Virus record (IMG/VR): IMGVR_UViG_3300042261_001262 | DNA length: 64,000 bases | Strand: one strand, 5' to 3' | Source: an uncultured virus (IMG/VR IMGVR_UViG_3300042261_001262) | Taxonomy: Duplodnaviria; Heunggongvirae; Uroviricota; Caudoviricetes | In this document: positions 42,652 through 52,476 of the stretch, piece by piece | Numbering within the stretch: the stretch's first letter is position 1 | Layout of the letters: each line of letters begins with the position of its first letter | Position numbers and translations under genes: made by a program | The notes under the pieces: generated by a model | The model's database searches: none | Told to the model about the DNA's origin: nothing | Seen by the model: the letters and a program-made list of their open reading frames with translations, nothing else

Positions 42652-45434
42652 ATGCCTGTGACTGATAGACGAGAACCAGCGGTATATGTTTCAATTGAAG
42701 ATGCATCATATGTAGCTCCACCAACTGAGTTAGGAAGGGTTGGTTATATAGCTACTGTTTGTGATCGTGGTCCACATAATAGGGTTGTAACATTGACGTC
42801 GCGTCAACAGTTACATCAATTATTTGGTCAACCAAATTTTCACAAGACGTCTCAAGCTCATTATTTAGCTGATAAGTTTTTACAATATTCAAATAAATTA
42901 CTTTTAGTTAGAGTTATGCCAGAGGATTCTACTTTGGCCAATAGTTATATTGCAAGATCACTTTCTCTTGATCCTGGTGGTGTAGTTAAAAAATTAGACG
43001 GATCAGAGGCTACTTTTACTTTTGTCTCTCGAAGAGATGCGTCTGCTGATGAATGGCAGGCAAAAACATTATATACAGCTCCCGGTTCCTTTGTTTATGG
43101 AACAAATACTGATGGAAGTAATATAAATGGATTAAAATTTACATGTAAAACAACTGGATATTCTGGTGAAACACAACCAATTTGGAATACAACCATTGGT
43201 AAGGACACAAATGATGGGACAGTAGTTTGGACTTGTGCTGAAAATACAAGTTTTAATACTCTTGCAACTGATGCTGATAGTTATGCTGTAATTGAAGTTG
43301 GTACTTGGATTGTTCAAGATGGTGATCAATCAACAACTGATTCTTTAGTTGGTTTCACTTATGCTGCTCAAATTGTTGCAAAAACAAATGTAGGTAGCTA
43401 TAAAATAATATTGGATAGGGATTATATAGGTAATTCTACTGCCCTTCCAACGTATGATGGAACAGCGTGGATAGTTTCACCATATGTAAACAGTCATGAA
43501 GATGATGTTCATTCTATAGCTGATATAGATCCTCTTGTTGCACCTTTTACAAATGCTGTTTATGCTTTTTATGCAAAAGGAGCAGGGTCATATTATAATG
43601 GTTTAATAGTTAAGGGTGTTCGTAACTTTGAAATGGAAAAAATGTATACGAACGCAGATGGAACAGTTCAATATCCATATTTATTCATGGACATTGGTGT
43701 TTATTATGTTGATGAAGAAAATAATGAGAGTTTGCTTGAAGGACCTTGGACAGTTTCATTGACAAGACGGTTAGCTAATAATACAATAATTAGAGATTTA
43801 ACATCTGGCAATACTATGTATATTGAAGATGTTTTAAACGACAATAGTAATTATGTCGGAGTGGTATCTTGTTCAGGAGTTGATAATTTAATGTCAACTA
43901 CTTTACCAGCTAAAGCATCTGACAATAGACTTAAAGTGATGTTAATTTTGACGGCCGGTGGATTTTATATCAACTATAATAATAGTGTTTCTAACGGTGG
44001 AGCTTATTTTGGTAGTGGTGAAAATGGAACTGTTGATGAACATGGAACCGTTCCGATGTATTCAGCAACTACCGGAGAATTAGCTTCAATCGCTGATTCA
44101 CCAATATTGATGGGATTACTTCAACAAGCATATACTGGAGCATTAGTAAGTACTGATGGTTCAGTTGAACAAATACCGGAGTGTGTTTACCCTTGTTAAT
44201 AAAAACCAGGGGCACATATTAGTAATAATATGTGAATAAAATTCCTCTAATTGCTGGAACCCCCTTAGAGCTCTTCTACTACAAAGTAATCTGAAAAGAT
44301 AAGCTTGATAGTTTAAAAAAGAAGAGATTGGGTAATCAGCAGCCAAGCTCCTGTAAAATGGAGAAGGTTCAACGACTAGAGCGTAAGCTCGTAGGCTCAA
44401 GCGAGCCGAAATGGGGAAAATCCAAGTAAAAATAAAAATCTTCCTTTAAAAAATTCAAATTAAGAAAGGACAGAAATCGACGGATTTTTGATAAAACCGA
44501 ACTTTTATCTAACTTTCTTAATTTTATTTCAAAACTTGTTCGGTTTTGGAAGATCTAAATTAAAATTTTACTTGGATTGTGATATAGTCTATTCTCATAA
44601 GAAATTATGAGCGATTAAAAATCGGATAAAGATTAGCGATCTTTATTAAATATAAAGTGGTATGATATTGATTATGTTCTTTCTGGTGGTTATCCTGCCG
44701 AAGTACAGGGGCCAAATGGTGCTCAGTATCTTGCTGATTACCGTCAGGATTGTATACATCTTGGAGATACAGGTTCTAACTTTACAACATATACTGATGA
44801 TTTAACAGCTCGTCTTAATGACGTTCCTTGGAATGCTTGGACTTCAGCATTATATGTACAATATCGCAAGATATTTGATGGATTTACAGGTGAATATTTC
44901 TGGGTTAATCCAGTATATCATGCCATTGAACGTCACTTATATTGTGATGGTACATATTTCTTAGCTGAACCAGTTGCTGGTATTGAGAAAGGTGCAATTC
45001 AAGACAGAATTGAATTAGCTTATAAAGCAAACCATACGGAACGTGGAGATTTACAAGATAAACAATTAAACATGGTAATCGTTGAACCTCAAGGTAAGTA
45101 TATTTTAACACAACTTACAACCTGGAAACGTTTATCAGTTTTACAAAGAATACATGTTGCGAAATTTGTAGCATATATTCGCAAAGTAATTCCTACATTA
45201 CTCAAGGATATATTACAAAGGCGTGCAACACAATATTGGATCGGTCAGGCTCAATATCGGGTTACTAATTTCTTAACTAAGTTTCTTGAATCTACAGTTG
45301 AGAGATATTCAGTTCTCAAAAGCTTTAATGTAACAGTTTCATTTGATGATACACGTTCTGAGCTCAATGTATATATTGATATAACTCCTATTAGAGCAAT
45401 CGAACGCATTAATGTATTTATTATTGTCCATTAA
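42652..45434 (+). CDS. tail sheath protein, spliced (exons 42652-44193 and 44658-45434; 772 aa)
   Basis: PAVYV.IED, RGP, LFGQP, VRV N-terminus; junction CVYP|WYDIDY; R.DC; sheath C-terminus ITPIRAIERI. Confidence 0.9.
44194..44657 (+). ncRNA. group I intron in tail sheath gene (464 nt)
   Basis: P1 CCCUUG/CAGGGG with U-G at 44193; core nearly identical to the capsid intron; GACTA/TAGTC; ends in G; downstream frame open to 45434. Confidence 0.92.
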
Positions 45435-45455
45435 TTTTAAAAGAGGAGATTATAT

Positions 45456-46274
45456 ATGGCAGATACAACTTCAATAATTAGTAGGCTTGCAACAAGATTC
45501 ACAAATGCTGTTAGAGATAGAGATAAACCAGATTTTTTAACTCGTGATATTGGTGGACAATGGCGTAATAACCAACCTCATATAACTGGTTATTTTCAAA
45601 CAGTATTTGGTATGCCCGAATTATTATTTAATGGGGCAGATTCAGTAGCTGTAGCTGCAAAATGGCTTCATAGTGCAGCTGAAGGATTTACACCTCACAC
45701 TCAGACAATTAACAAAGTTGATTTAATGGGTCAAGGACAAATTGGATCTTCTTATGTAACCAGTATGGTAACTACTAGAGAGTTTACTTTAACATTTAGG
45801 GAATATCAGAATTTGCCGATTTTAAATATCATAAGACGGTGGAATGCATTTGATCCTTTTGTTGGAGTTAGCCCATTAGAAGGAAATCAATTTATACCGG
45901 TTAACTATAAGGGATGGGTTGCTGTTATTGTAACTAAACCTGTAAAGGCTCAAAATACAGATATTTCTGCAGAAGATATTGAAGAATGTTATATTTATCA
46001 AGGAGTATTCCCTACAACTATTCCTGTCGATACAGCTACCGCATCTGATATTACAGCAAATGATATGGTACAGTTATCAGTGACTTTTAGTTTTGACGGG
46101 GCGCCTTTAACATCAGCTGAACCTGGTGTTACTGATAAAGTTGTTTCATTATTGAAAGATCTCAGATACTTGGGCAACTCAGATAGTACCTACGAGAGAT
46201 ATTTATCAACGGGTCAATCTATAAGCCCATGGGGTTCTCACTCTGGAACAGTTACTTCCACAGTGAAACCCTAA
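45456..46274 (+). CDS. tail tube protein
   Basis: Immediately after sheath; FTLTFRE, YQGVFPT, LSVTFSFD tube motifs. Confidence 0.8.
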   Translation: MADTTSIISRLATRFTNAVRDRDKPDFLTRDIGGQWRNNQPHITGYFQTVFGMPELLFNGADSVAVAAKWLHSAAEGFTPHTQTINKVDLMGQGQIGSSYVTSMVTTREFTLTFREYQNLPILNIIRRWNAFDPFVGVSPLEGNQFIPVNYKGWVAVIVTKPVKAQNTDISAEDIEECYIYQGVFPTTIPVDTATASDITANDMVQLSVTFSFDGAPLTSAEPGVTDKVVSLLKDLRYLGNSDSTYERYLSTGQSISPWGSHSGTVTSTVKP

Positions 46275-46325
46275 TTAGAGAGAGTAGACCTGCAACGCCT
46301 CCCAGCGTCTATTCTTTCTTCACAT

Positions 46326-46360
46326 AAGCCCCCTCTGTGTACGGCAGAGGGGGCTTTTTT
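46326..46360 (+). terminator. rho-independent terminator ending the virion operon
   Basis: AAGCCCCCTCTG-N7-CAGAGGGGGCTTTTTT. Confidence 0.85.
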
Positions 46361-46380
46361 ACCTCAAAACAAAAAAAGCT

Positions 46381-46406
46381 AGGAGGGACCTAAATCCCTC
46401 CTTTTT
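46381..46406 (-). terminator. hairpin at the 3' end of the minus-strand arm
   Basis: AGGAGGGA-CCTAAA-TCCCTCCT next to the stop of 46408..46602. Confidence 0.55.
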
Positions 46407-46407
46407 G

Positions 46408-46602
46408 TTAAATTATTTCATGAGATTCAAATCCTTTGGGGACTTGAATCTCAATTAATCCACTTCTCTCAATTTCAGTGAGTAAGAAGTGAATATCTCT
46501 ATCCTTGTCCGCTATACAAGCAGGACATGGAACTTCGGGAAGCATATGCTTCTTGCAGACTCCAATTTCAAAGTCCCAAAAAGGACTATCTATTTTTGGC
46601 AT
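46408..46602 (-). CDS. hypothetical protein
   Basis: SD AGGAGG; CxxH...CxxC. Confidence 0.65.
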   Translation of the reverse strand: MPKIDSPFWDFEIGVCKKHMLPEVPCPACIADKDRDIHFLLTEIERSGLIEIQVPKGFESHEII

Positions 46603-46612
46603 ATTTCCTCCT

Positions 46613-46873
46613 TTAGGTATTTTGAATCATTTGGATCAACTGAGATCCTTTTGACCCTTTAACACCCAATAAAGCAGCTATTAGTGCTTGATTAACTGCA
46701 TCATCAAGCACTAACCATGCTTCGTGCCCTCGACTCTGTGGGAAGCCGACTTTGCCATCTTCCCCTTCCCAGCGAATACCAAGAATATTTCGATGTCTGG
46801 TATCTTCGCTCCATGTTCCTCTCGCAATGACAAAATTATCATTGCGATACACTTCATCAATAGCTGTAAACAT
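46613..46873 (-). CDS. hypothetical protein
   Basis: SD AGGAGG; LGIRW...GFPQSRG..W. Confidence 0.7.
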   Translation of the reverse strand: MFTAIDEVYRNDNFVIARGTWSEDTRHRNILGIRWEGEDGKVGFPQSRGHEAWLVLDDAVNQALIAALLGVKGSKGSQLIQMIQNT

Positions 46874-46884
46874 TTGTTACCTCC

Positions 46885-47430
46885 TTATCTACATTTTGGC
46901 CAACTAGGGCTCTGCCTGACCAATTGGCGAGCCCGAGGAAGCTCATACTCAAAATAGCACTTTTTACTTTGGGCAACATCTTGTTCCATTCCATCTTTAG
47001 CAGGCCAATTTTTAATCATGTCGTGAGCATCTCCCCACATAACATTATTCATCATCTTCATAGTTTGAAGCTGATCTCGTTCTTGGGGGTTTGCACATCT
47101 CATTTGTGAATCAATATAATCATTTACAAATATACTAATTACATAATATACAACTAAATCTGTCAAATTGTTTTTCAATTTTTTATAATACATATCACTT
47201 TTAGAGTTGTTCCAAACCATCAATGTATAACTTGGGAAACCTATAATTCCAGCTTCTCTATTAATATTTTCAAAATGTTTAGGAAATTCTTCTGTTTTTA
47301 TGAAACCACCACCTTGACAAACCGAATTACTTGTAGTCTGCTGTTTGCCCTTCTTCTGCGCTTCAGCAGATCCAATCATGAGACCGAAAATCACAAAAAA
47401 CATGATGATTGTAACAAACATCTTTTTCAT
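46885..47430 (-). CDS. exported hypothetical protein
   Basis: Sec signal MKKMF...SAEA; SD AGGAGG. Confidence 0.7.
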   Translation of the reverse strand: MKKMFVTIIMFFVIFGLMIGSAEAQKKGKQQTTSNSVCQGGGFIKTEEFPKHFENINREAGIIGFPSYTLMVWNNSKSDMYYKKLKNNLTDLVVYYVISIFVNDYIDSQMRCANPQERDQLQTMKMMNNVMWGDAHDMIKNWPAKDGMEQDVAQSKKCYFEYELPRARQLVRQSPSWPKCR

Positions 47431-47477
47431 ACTTCCTCCTTTGATTGATTATTTAGATCCATCATTATCTCATCATA

Positions 47478-48116
47478 TCATTCTTTCTCATAGTGAAGAT
47501 TTTCCAATGTTTCAAAATGAGCTGTCAATTTAACTTTTTGAAGAATCTTTGTCTGGTTTTTATAACACCATTGACAGAATCTTGGCCAATTAACATAATA
47601 AAGTTGTTTCCTCCATTCCGTCCTAATTAGTCCATATGGATTTTTTCCATATGAAGATGTTAGTTTAAAATAATCAATTGGTGTGGAAATTGGTCTATTT
47701 AATTTTGAAAGAGCAATTTCAGCTAAAATATGTAAAGGTCCAGCTTTGATGTTCTTTCTTTTTGTTCTTATAGATTTTATATCCTCCTTAAATCCATCAC
47801 GAAAACAATTATAAGGAGGATAATTTATCTTACTTCTTTCAATTACTTCTTTAACATATAAAGTATCAAAAGAAGTGATTTCTCCAATTTTGTGTCTTTG
47901 ATTGTTTGTTTCTAAAACCTTTCCTGTTATGAGATTATTTAATGGTGTTGTTCCACCATTAATTTTCCCATATCTCGGAATGATATGCCGAATACGAACC
48001 TTAATAATTTCAGGCTCATCTTTCCTATAAAAATCAAATACTACTTTTACAACATCTCCAGATTTTATATTCATACTTCCTCCCAAATTAAGATAGAGAA
48101 TTAATGTTCTCTTCAC
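47478..48116 (-). CDS. hypothetical protein
   Basis: Probable start at MNIKSG (48074) after GGGAGG. Confidence 0.7.
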   Translation of the reverse strand: MKRTLILYLNLGGSMNIKSGDVVKVVFDFYRKDEPEIIKVRIRHIIPRYGKINGGTTPLNNLITGKVLETNNQRHKIGEITSFDTLYVKEVIERSKINYPPYNCFRDGFKEDIKSIRTKRKNIKAGPLHILAEIALSKLNRPISTPIDYFKLTSSYGKNPYGLIRTEWRKQLYYVNWPRFCQWCYKNQTKILQKVKLTAHFETLENLHYEKE

Positions 48117-48120
48117 TCAT

Positions 48121-48133
48121 ATTATTTCTATAT
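48121..48133 (-). promoter_or_regulatory. ATATAGAAATAAT motif (candidate phage promoter)
   Basis: Exact recurring intergenic 13-mer. Confidence 0.5.
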
Positions 48134-48187
48134 AAGAAGATGAAAAATAAAAAATAACTAGACTTTAGATCTAGTGAATTTTGGGTT

Positions 48188-48229
48188 AAAAAATGGGGAC
48201 CAATAAATTATTATTGGTCCCCATTTTTT
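48188..48229 (-). terminator. terminator hairpin
   Basis: AAAAAATGGGGACCAATAA-N4-TTATTGGTCCCCATTTTTT. Confidence 0.75.
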
Positions 48230-48959
48230 ATGATATTTCTTTGAAGAACTTTATTGCAATACTAGTTGAACTAGCATAATTTGCAATTGTATGTCCCATA
48301 TTTTCTATAACTTCTAATTGACATATTGTTGGTCTTGAGATTGTTTTAAACATTTCCATACTTTGATTGACTCCAACAATATCATCCTTATCACCATGAA
48401 GTAATAACATTTTCAGACCAAGTGTTATAAAATCATTTGGTCTACTTATAGGTGAGTTCCATTCTAAAAAGTATGGTCTTGCCGGGTCCATAAATGAATC
48501 AGGAATTGAAGTTTCATCAAACCATTTAGGTATATCACATGGACCGGCAAAAATTGATGCACCGTTAAATATTGCACCATATGTTAGAAGTGTTTGATAC
48601 GCTACAAATCCACCTCTCGAAACACCTGTCAAAAATAATTTTTTAGGTTTCAGATATTTTCGTATGGATTGTGCAAGATCATATACTTCTTTTGTATCAC
48701 TTGCTATGCTCATATTTGGTTGTTGATCATATGCTAAACAATAGACAATGTAACCAGCACGAGCAAAATCATATGCATGAGAAAGTTCACCTGGAACAGG
48801 TCCTAGAAATCCTCCATGACAATCAATTATTGCATTACCATTATTACAATATCTTGGAGTGTATACATATCCAACTATTTTGTTACCTTCATAATTAATT
48901 GCAAATACACCTTTATTAACTAATAATTTATTTGCTAAATCTGTAAAAAAGTTTCCCAT
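48228..48959 (-). CDS. alpha/beta hydrolase (S9 peptidase/esterase-like)
   Basis: HGG oxyanion loop, GVSRGG nucleophile elbow, HGDKDDIV, C-terminal GH. Confidence 0.85.
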   Translation of the reverse strand: MGNFFTDLANKLLVNKGVFAINYEGNKIVGYVYTPRYCNNGNAIIDCHGGFLGPVPGELSHAYDFARAGYIVYCLAYDQQPNMSIASDTKEVYDLAQSIRKYLKPKKLFLTGVSRGGFVAYQTLLTYGAIFNGASIFAGPCDIPKWFDETSIPDSFMDPARPYFLEWNSPISRPNDFITLGLKMLLLHGDKDDIVGVNQSMEMFKTISRPTICQLEVIENMGHTIANYASSTSIAIKFFKEIS

Positions 48960-49059
48960 AAATACCTCTCAAGTTGAAATAGAAGGGTGGTGAACTACTT
49001 GACGGGGGGGGTGTCAAGCGGCTTGGGAGCCAGAGGGGGATGTCCACCACCCTATGTTT

Positions 49060-49293
49060 TTATGGTCTTAATCGAATATCATAAACAATATTTTTATGAA
49101 TTAAACCACCAAGTTTGATGGCCTCATTCATTTTATTAACATATAGCTCTTTACTAATACTTAATCCTATTGCAATTCCTACTCCAATGAAGATTATCAT
49201 AAATGTAAAGTTCTTTTTAATAGTATTACCTAATTTTTCAAATTTTGAAATAACTTTCTGTTCATGTTCTATTTGTTCACTATAGTCAGACAC
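49060..49293 (-). CDS. small membrane protein
   Basis: One TM helix; overlaps gmhB stop. Confidence 0.6.
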   Translation of the reverse strand: MSDYSEQIEHEQKVISKFEKLGNTIKKNFTFMIIFIGVGIAIGLSISKELYVNKMNEAIKLGGLIHKNIVYDIRLRP

Positions 49294-49801
49294 TTTTCAC
49301 CTTTTGTTTTTCTATGAGTAGTTGTGTTACTAAATTCAAGATACTAAATTCTTCAATATATTGTTTTTTAACGGAATAATATTCTATACCGGCACTTTTG
49401 GCCGCTTTTTCATCCCATTCATTATCACCAATCATAAATGAAGTTTTTAAATCTGCATCCCAATCTTCTATTGCTTCTAATAATAGTCCAGGTTTAGGTT
49501 TTCTACAATCACAATTATCAATATTGTGATGTGGACAATAATAGAAAGCATCAATGTGAGCACCATTTCTTTTATCTAATTCTGAATTAACCCAATTGTG
49601 TAATCTGTTAAGTTGCAGATCCGTATATAGTCCTTTTCTTATTCCACCTTGATTGGTAACAACAATGACTTTATAATATTGGTTTAATAGTCTAATTGCT
49701 AATTCAATATCAGGTTTCCATATGAATTTCTCTTTTTCCCATATATAACCAATATCAACGTTGATGACTCCATCACGATCTAAAAAAGCAACATTATTCA
49801 T
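49286..49801 (-). CDS. gmhB: D-glycero-D-manno-heptose 1,7-bisphosphate phosphatase
   Basis: FLDRDGVIN, VVTNQGG, CPHH...CDCRKPKPG, MIGD. Confidence 0.9.
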   Translation of the reverse strand: MNNVAFLDRDGVINVDIGYIWEKEKFIWKPDIELAIRLLNQYYKVIVVTNQGGIRKGLYTDLQLNRLHNWVNSELDKRNGAHIDAFYYCPHHNIDNCDCRKPKPGLLLEAIEDWDADLKTSFMIGDNEWDEKAAKSAGIEYYSVKKQYIEEFSILNLVTQLLIEKQKVKSV

Positions 49802-50109
49802 TAGTTGACATATCCTTTACTTTCAGTGATTGTATCAGAATGATGTTGTCCATCTAAGAAATATTTTTTACGTTCAATTTGTTCATAGTCTTTGACATCT
49901 CTTTTAATAAAGAAATCGATAGTAACTGCAAAATGATGAAATTTACCATCAGGTGGACATAAAACTTCAAAATTAGAATTAGTTTGAATATCTAATTTTT
50001 TGATTTTTAAATTATCTTCTAGTTTATTTAGTAAGTACCATAAAATCTTTTTAATATATCTTCTAAAAATAGTATCATGTTTCATATTTAGATATTTTCT
50101 TTGTACCAT
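49801..50109 (-). CDS. hypothetical protein
   Basis: 102-aa ORF in the heptose operon. Confidence 0.55.
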   Translation of the reverse strand: MVQRKYLNMKHDTIFRRYIKKILWYLLNKLEDNLKIKKLDIQTNSNFEVLCPPDGKFHHFAVTIDFFIKRDVKDYEQIERKKYFLDGQHHSDTITESKGYVN

Positions 50110-50112
50110 TTT

Positions 50113-50286
50113 TTAGTCCTTTTTAGTATTTTGCATCTCATTTTTAACTTTTTCAATTATTTTATCTCTATTAGTTACAAACCAATCATCAAATGTTTTG
50201 GCCTTTTCTGCATTCCTTCGACCAAATAATACTCCACCACCAAAGCCTATTGCTAAAAGTATTACCACTCCGATAACTTCAATCAT
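50113..50286 (-). CDS. small membrane protein, 57 aa (MIEVIGVVILLAIGFGGGVLFGRRN...)
   Basis: SD GGAGG; N-terminal TM helix; fills a gap; below the ORF-track cutoff. Confidence 0.6.
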   Translation of the reverse strand: MIEVIGVVILLAIGFGGGVLFGRRNAEKAKTFDDWFVTNRDKIIEKVKNEMQNTKKD

Positions 50287-51280
50287 AGATGACCTCCTTA
50301 AGATTATTTTTTTCTAAATGATCATATAACTCTTTTAAAGTAACCGTTGATGTTCCTATTTTTTCGACTGATAATCCAGCGGCCACATTTGCAACAAAGA
50401 CGGCTAATTCAGTATCTAATTTTGAACCTAATGCTAAGGATAATGCAGCAACAACTGTATCACCTGCACCTGTTACATCATATACAGTTCTTGCCGTTGA
50501 ACCAAATGTAATTGATTGATATCTACCATTATTACTAAATAATTTCATTCCTTTTTCGCCTAATGTTACAAGTATATTTTGTATTCTGTATATATCAAAG
50601 AATTTTTCTACATGAATCAATTCTGCTCCAACATTTCTAATTTCATTTAGATTTGGAGTTATAATTGTACAATCATTAAATGATTCCCAGCTTCGCCGCT
50701 TACTATCAACAATTATAGGTATTCCTTTTTTCTTCATTTGTTGAATAATAATTTTAATTGATATTGGTGTTAAGGTATTTTTAACATAATCTGATATAAT
50801 ACAAACATGTATATCATTATTCTTCAAAATACTCTTTACAGATTCTATTATTTGATGATCATCCGAATTATTATTAATTTCTTGATCAATTCTAACAACC
50901 TGTTGATTATGGGCAATTATCCTTGTTTTTACAATTGTTTGCCAATCATCAACAATTACTATGTATTTATGTGAAACTCTTTTTTCAGTTAAAGAATTCA
51001 TGAGTTGTATTCCATCTTTATCTTTAGACGAATTACCTCTACATGATACTAAGAATGGATTACCACCAAGACTAACAATATTACTTGCTACATTTGCTGC
51101 TCCACCTGGAAATGAATTTTCTTTTTCTTGTTTAACAACAGGTACTGGGGCTTCAGGAGATATTCTATCTACAGTTCCCCAAATGTATTTATCCAACATT
51201 ATATCACCAACTACAAGAACATTTATATTCTTGAAGTGATGATTAACAGCATCTGCTAATTCTTTGTTGTTTAAATTCAT
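50279..51280 (-). CDS. rfaE1: heptose 7-phosphate kinase (HldE/RfaE domain I)
   Basis: VVGDIMLD, RISPEAPVPV, GGAANVA, SDY.K, DVTGAGDT PfkB motif. Confidence 0.92.
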   Translation of the reverse strand: MNLNNKELADAVNHHFKNINVLVVGDIMLDKYIWGTVDRISPEAPVPVVKQEKENSFPGGAANVASNIVSLGGNPFLVSCRGNSSKDKDGIQLMNSLTEKRVSHKYIVIVDDWQTIVKTRIIAHNQQVVRIDQEINNNSDDHQIIESVKSILKNNDIHVCIISDYVKNTLTPISIKIIIQQMKKKGIPIIVDSKRRSWESFNDCTIITPNLNEIRNVGAELIHVEKFFDIYRIQNILVTLGEKGMKLFSNNGRYQSITFGSTARTVYDVTGAGDTVVAALSLALGSKLDTELAVFVANVAAGLSVEKIGTSTVTLKELYDHLEKNNLKEVIYD

Positions 51281-52209
51281 TTATCAATCTCCTTCTTGAA
51301 ATAATCATACCATATATGATAAACTAATTCATGTCCTTCTTGTATTCTTTGAGTATTAATTGAATCTATTGATATAACAAAATCACATAATTGTTGAAAT
51401 AATTTTGGTACAACTTTTCCAGTCATACCTATTACTGTACATTCTTTTTGTTTAGCTGATAATATTGTTCTGATAATATTAATTGATTTTCCACTTGTTG
51501 AAATTGCAATTAATAAATCCCCTCTTTTAGCTTGAGCAGATAATTGTTTTGCAAAAACTTCATCGAATGAGAAATCATTACCAAGAGCAGTTAGCACAGA
51601 TGTATCAGTTGTTAAAGATATTGCTGGAAGTCCTATTCCTACTAATTCAGCAGCTAAATGTTGAGCATCAGCCGCTGAACCACCATTACCACAAATTAAA
51701 ATTTTGCCACCATTAGAAAAAACATGAGCCATCCATTTAACAGATGTGATTATCTTATCCATTTTATCATGTAATGAATTAACCATTCTCATATGATCTG
51801 CTATCTGTGGATCATATTCATTGAAAAATCTTATGCTTTCAATAACATTTGTTGTTGAATATTCTGGAAGTCTTTGTATAATTACAACTTTTTTAACAAG
51901 ATCAGAACCAATAACATTATTAGCCCAATCGCTACCTTTAACTAATATATTTGGTTTTAATTCTTTTATTAAATTATAGGGTGTTTCTTCATTAAAAATA
52001 AAAACTTCGTTAACTGATTTCAAATTCAGTAACGTGTTTTTTCTTTCTTCTTGATTAAAGAAAGGTTTTCTTTTTTTATTTATTTCAAATGATTTATCGG
52101 AATTTACTCCAACAATCAATTTATCTCCAAGTTCTTTTGCTTCATTTAATATGTGTATATGCCCAGGATGTAATATTTCAAAACATCCATTAGTGAATAC
52201 TTTTATCAT
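51277..52209 (-). CDS. gmhA: fusion of heptose-1-phosphate adenylyltransferase (RfaE2) and phosphoheptose isomerase (GmhA)
   Basis: N-half FTNGCFEILHPGH...VGVNSD...KGSDW...STT; C-half CGNGGSAADAQHLAAEL, ISTSG.S, RIQE.H. Confidence 0.9.
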   Translation of the reverse strand: MIKVFTNGCFEILHPGHIHILNEAKELGDKLIVGVNSDKSFEINKKRKPFFNQEERKNTLLNLKSVNEVFIFNEETPYNLIKELKPNILVKGSDWANNVIGSDLVKKVVIIQRLPEYSTTNVIESIRFFNEYDPQIADHMRMVNSLHDKMDKIITSVKWMAHVFSNGGKILICGNGGSAADAQHLAAELVGIGLPAISLTTDTSVLTALGNDFSFDEVFAKQLSAQAKRGDLLIAISTSGKSINIIRTILSAKQKECTVIGMTGKVVPKLFQQLCDFVISIDSINTQRIQEGHELVYHIWYDYFKKEIDK

Positions 52210-52382
52210 ATTTTTTCTCCAGCAATTTAAATTTCCACATAAAGTCTAGTTGAAGGTTTGTAAATCCAGCCTTCTTCCCATGAGAATAGAACTCATTTTT
52301 TTCATCATCTTGATCTGTGGTAATTTCTTTTGTTTGAGTGTTTATTTTCATTATTTTAAGTTTCCCCTCCTAAATATGATAT

Positions 52383-52469
52383 TGGTGGCTCTGGTCGGAT
52401 TCGAACCGACATGGAGTAAACTCCGAAGCATTTTAAGTGCTTTAGGTAAACCAGTTCCCTCACAGAGCC
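52383..52469 (-). tRNA. tRNA-Leu(UAA)
   Basis: GGCTCTG/CAGAGCC acceptor, AAGCA-CTTAAAA-TGCTT anticodon arm, long variable arm, GTTCGAATC, encoded CCA. Confidence 0.95.
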
Positions 52470-52476
52470 ATGTGTT

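Noticed and set aside
27363..45434. Pseudogenes, frameshifts or stop-codon recoding to explain the broken helicase, portal, capsid and sheath ORFs
   Set aside because: Breaks are TAA stops at or inside group I intron 5' ends; excision restores frame and motifs; TAG and TGA act as normal stops elsewhere.
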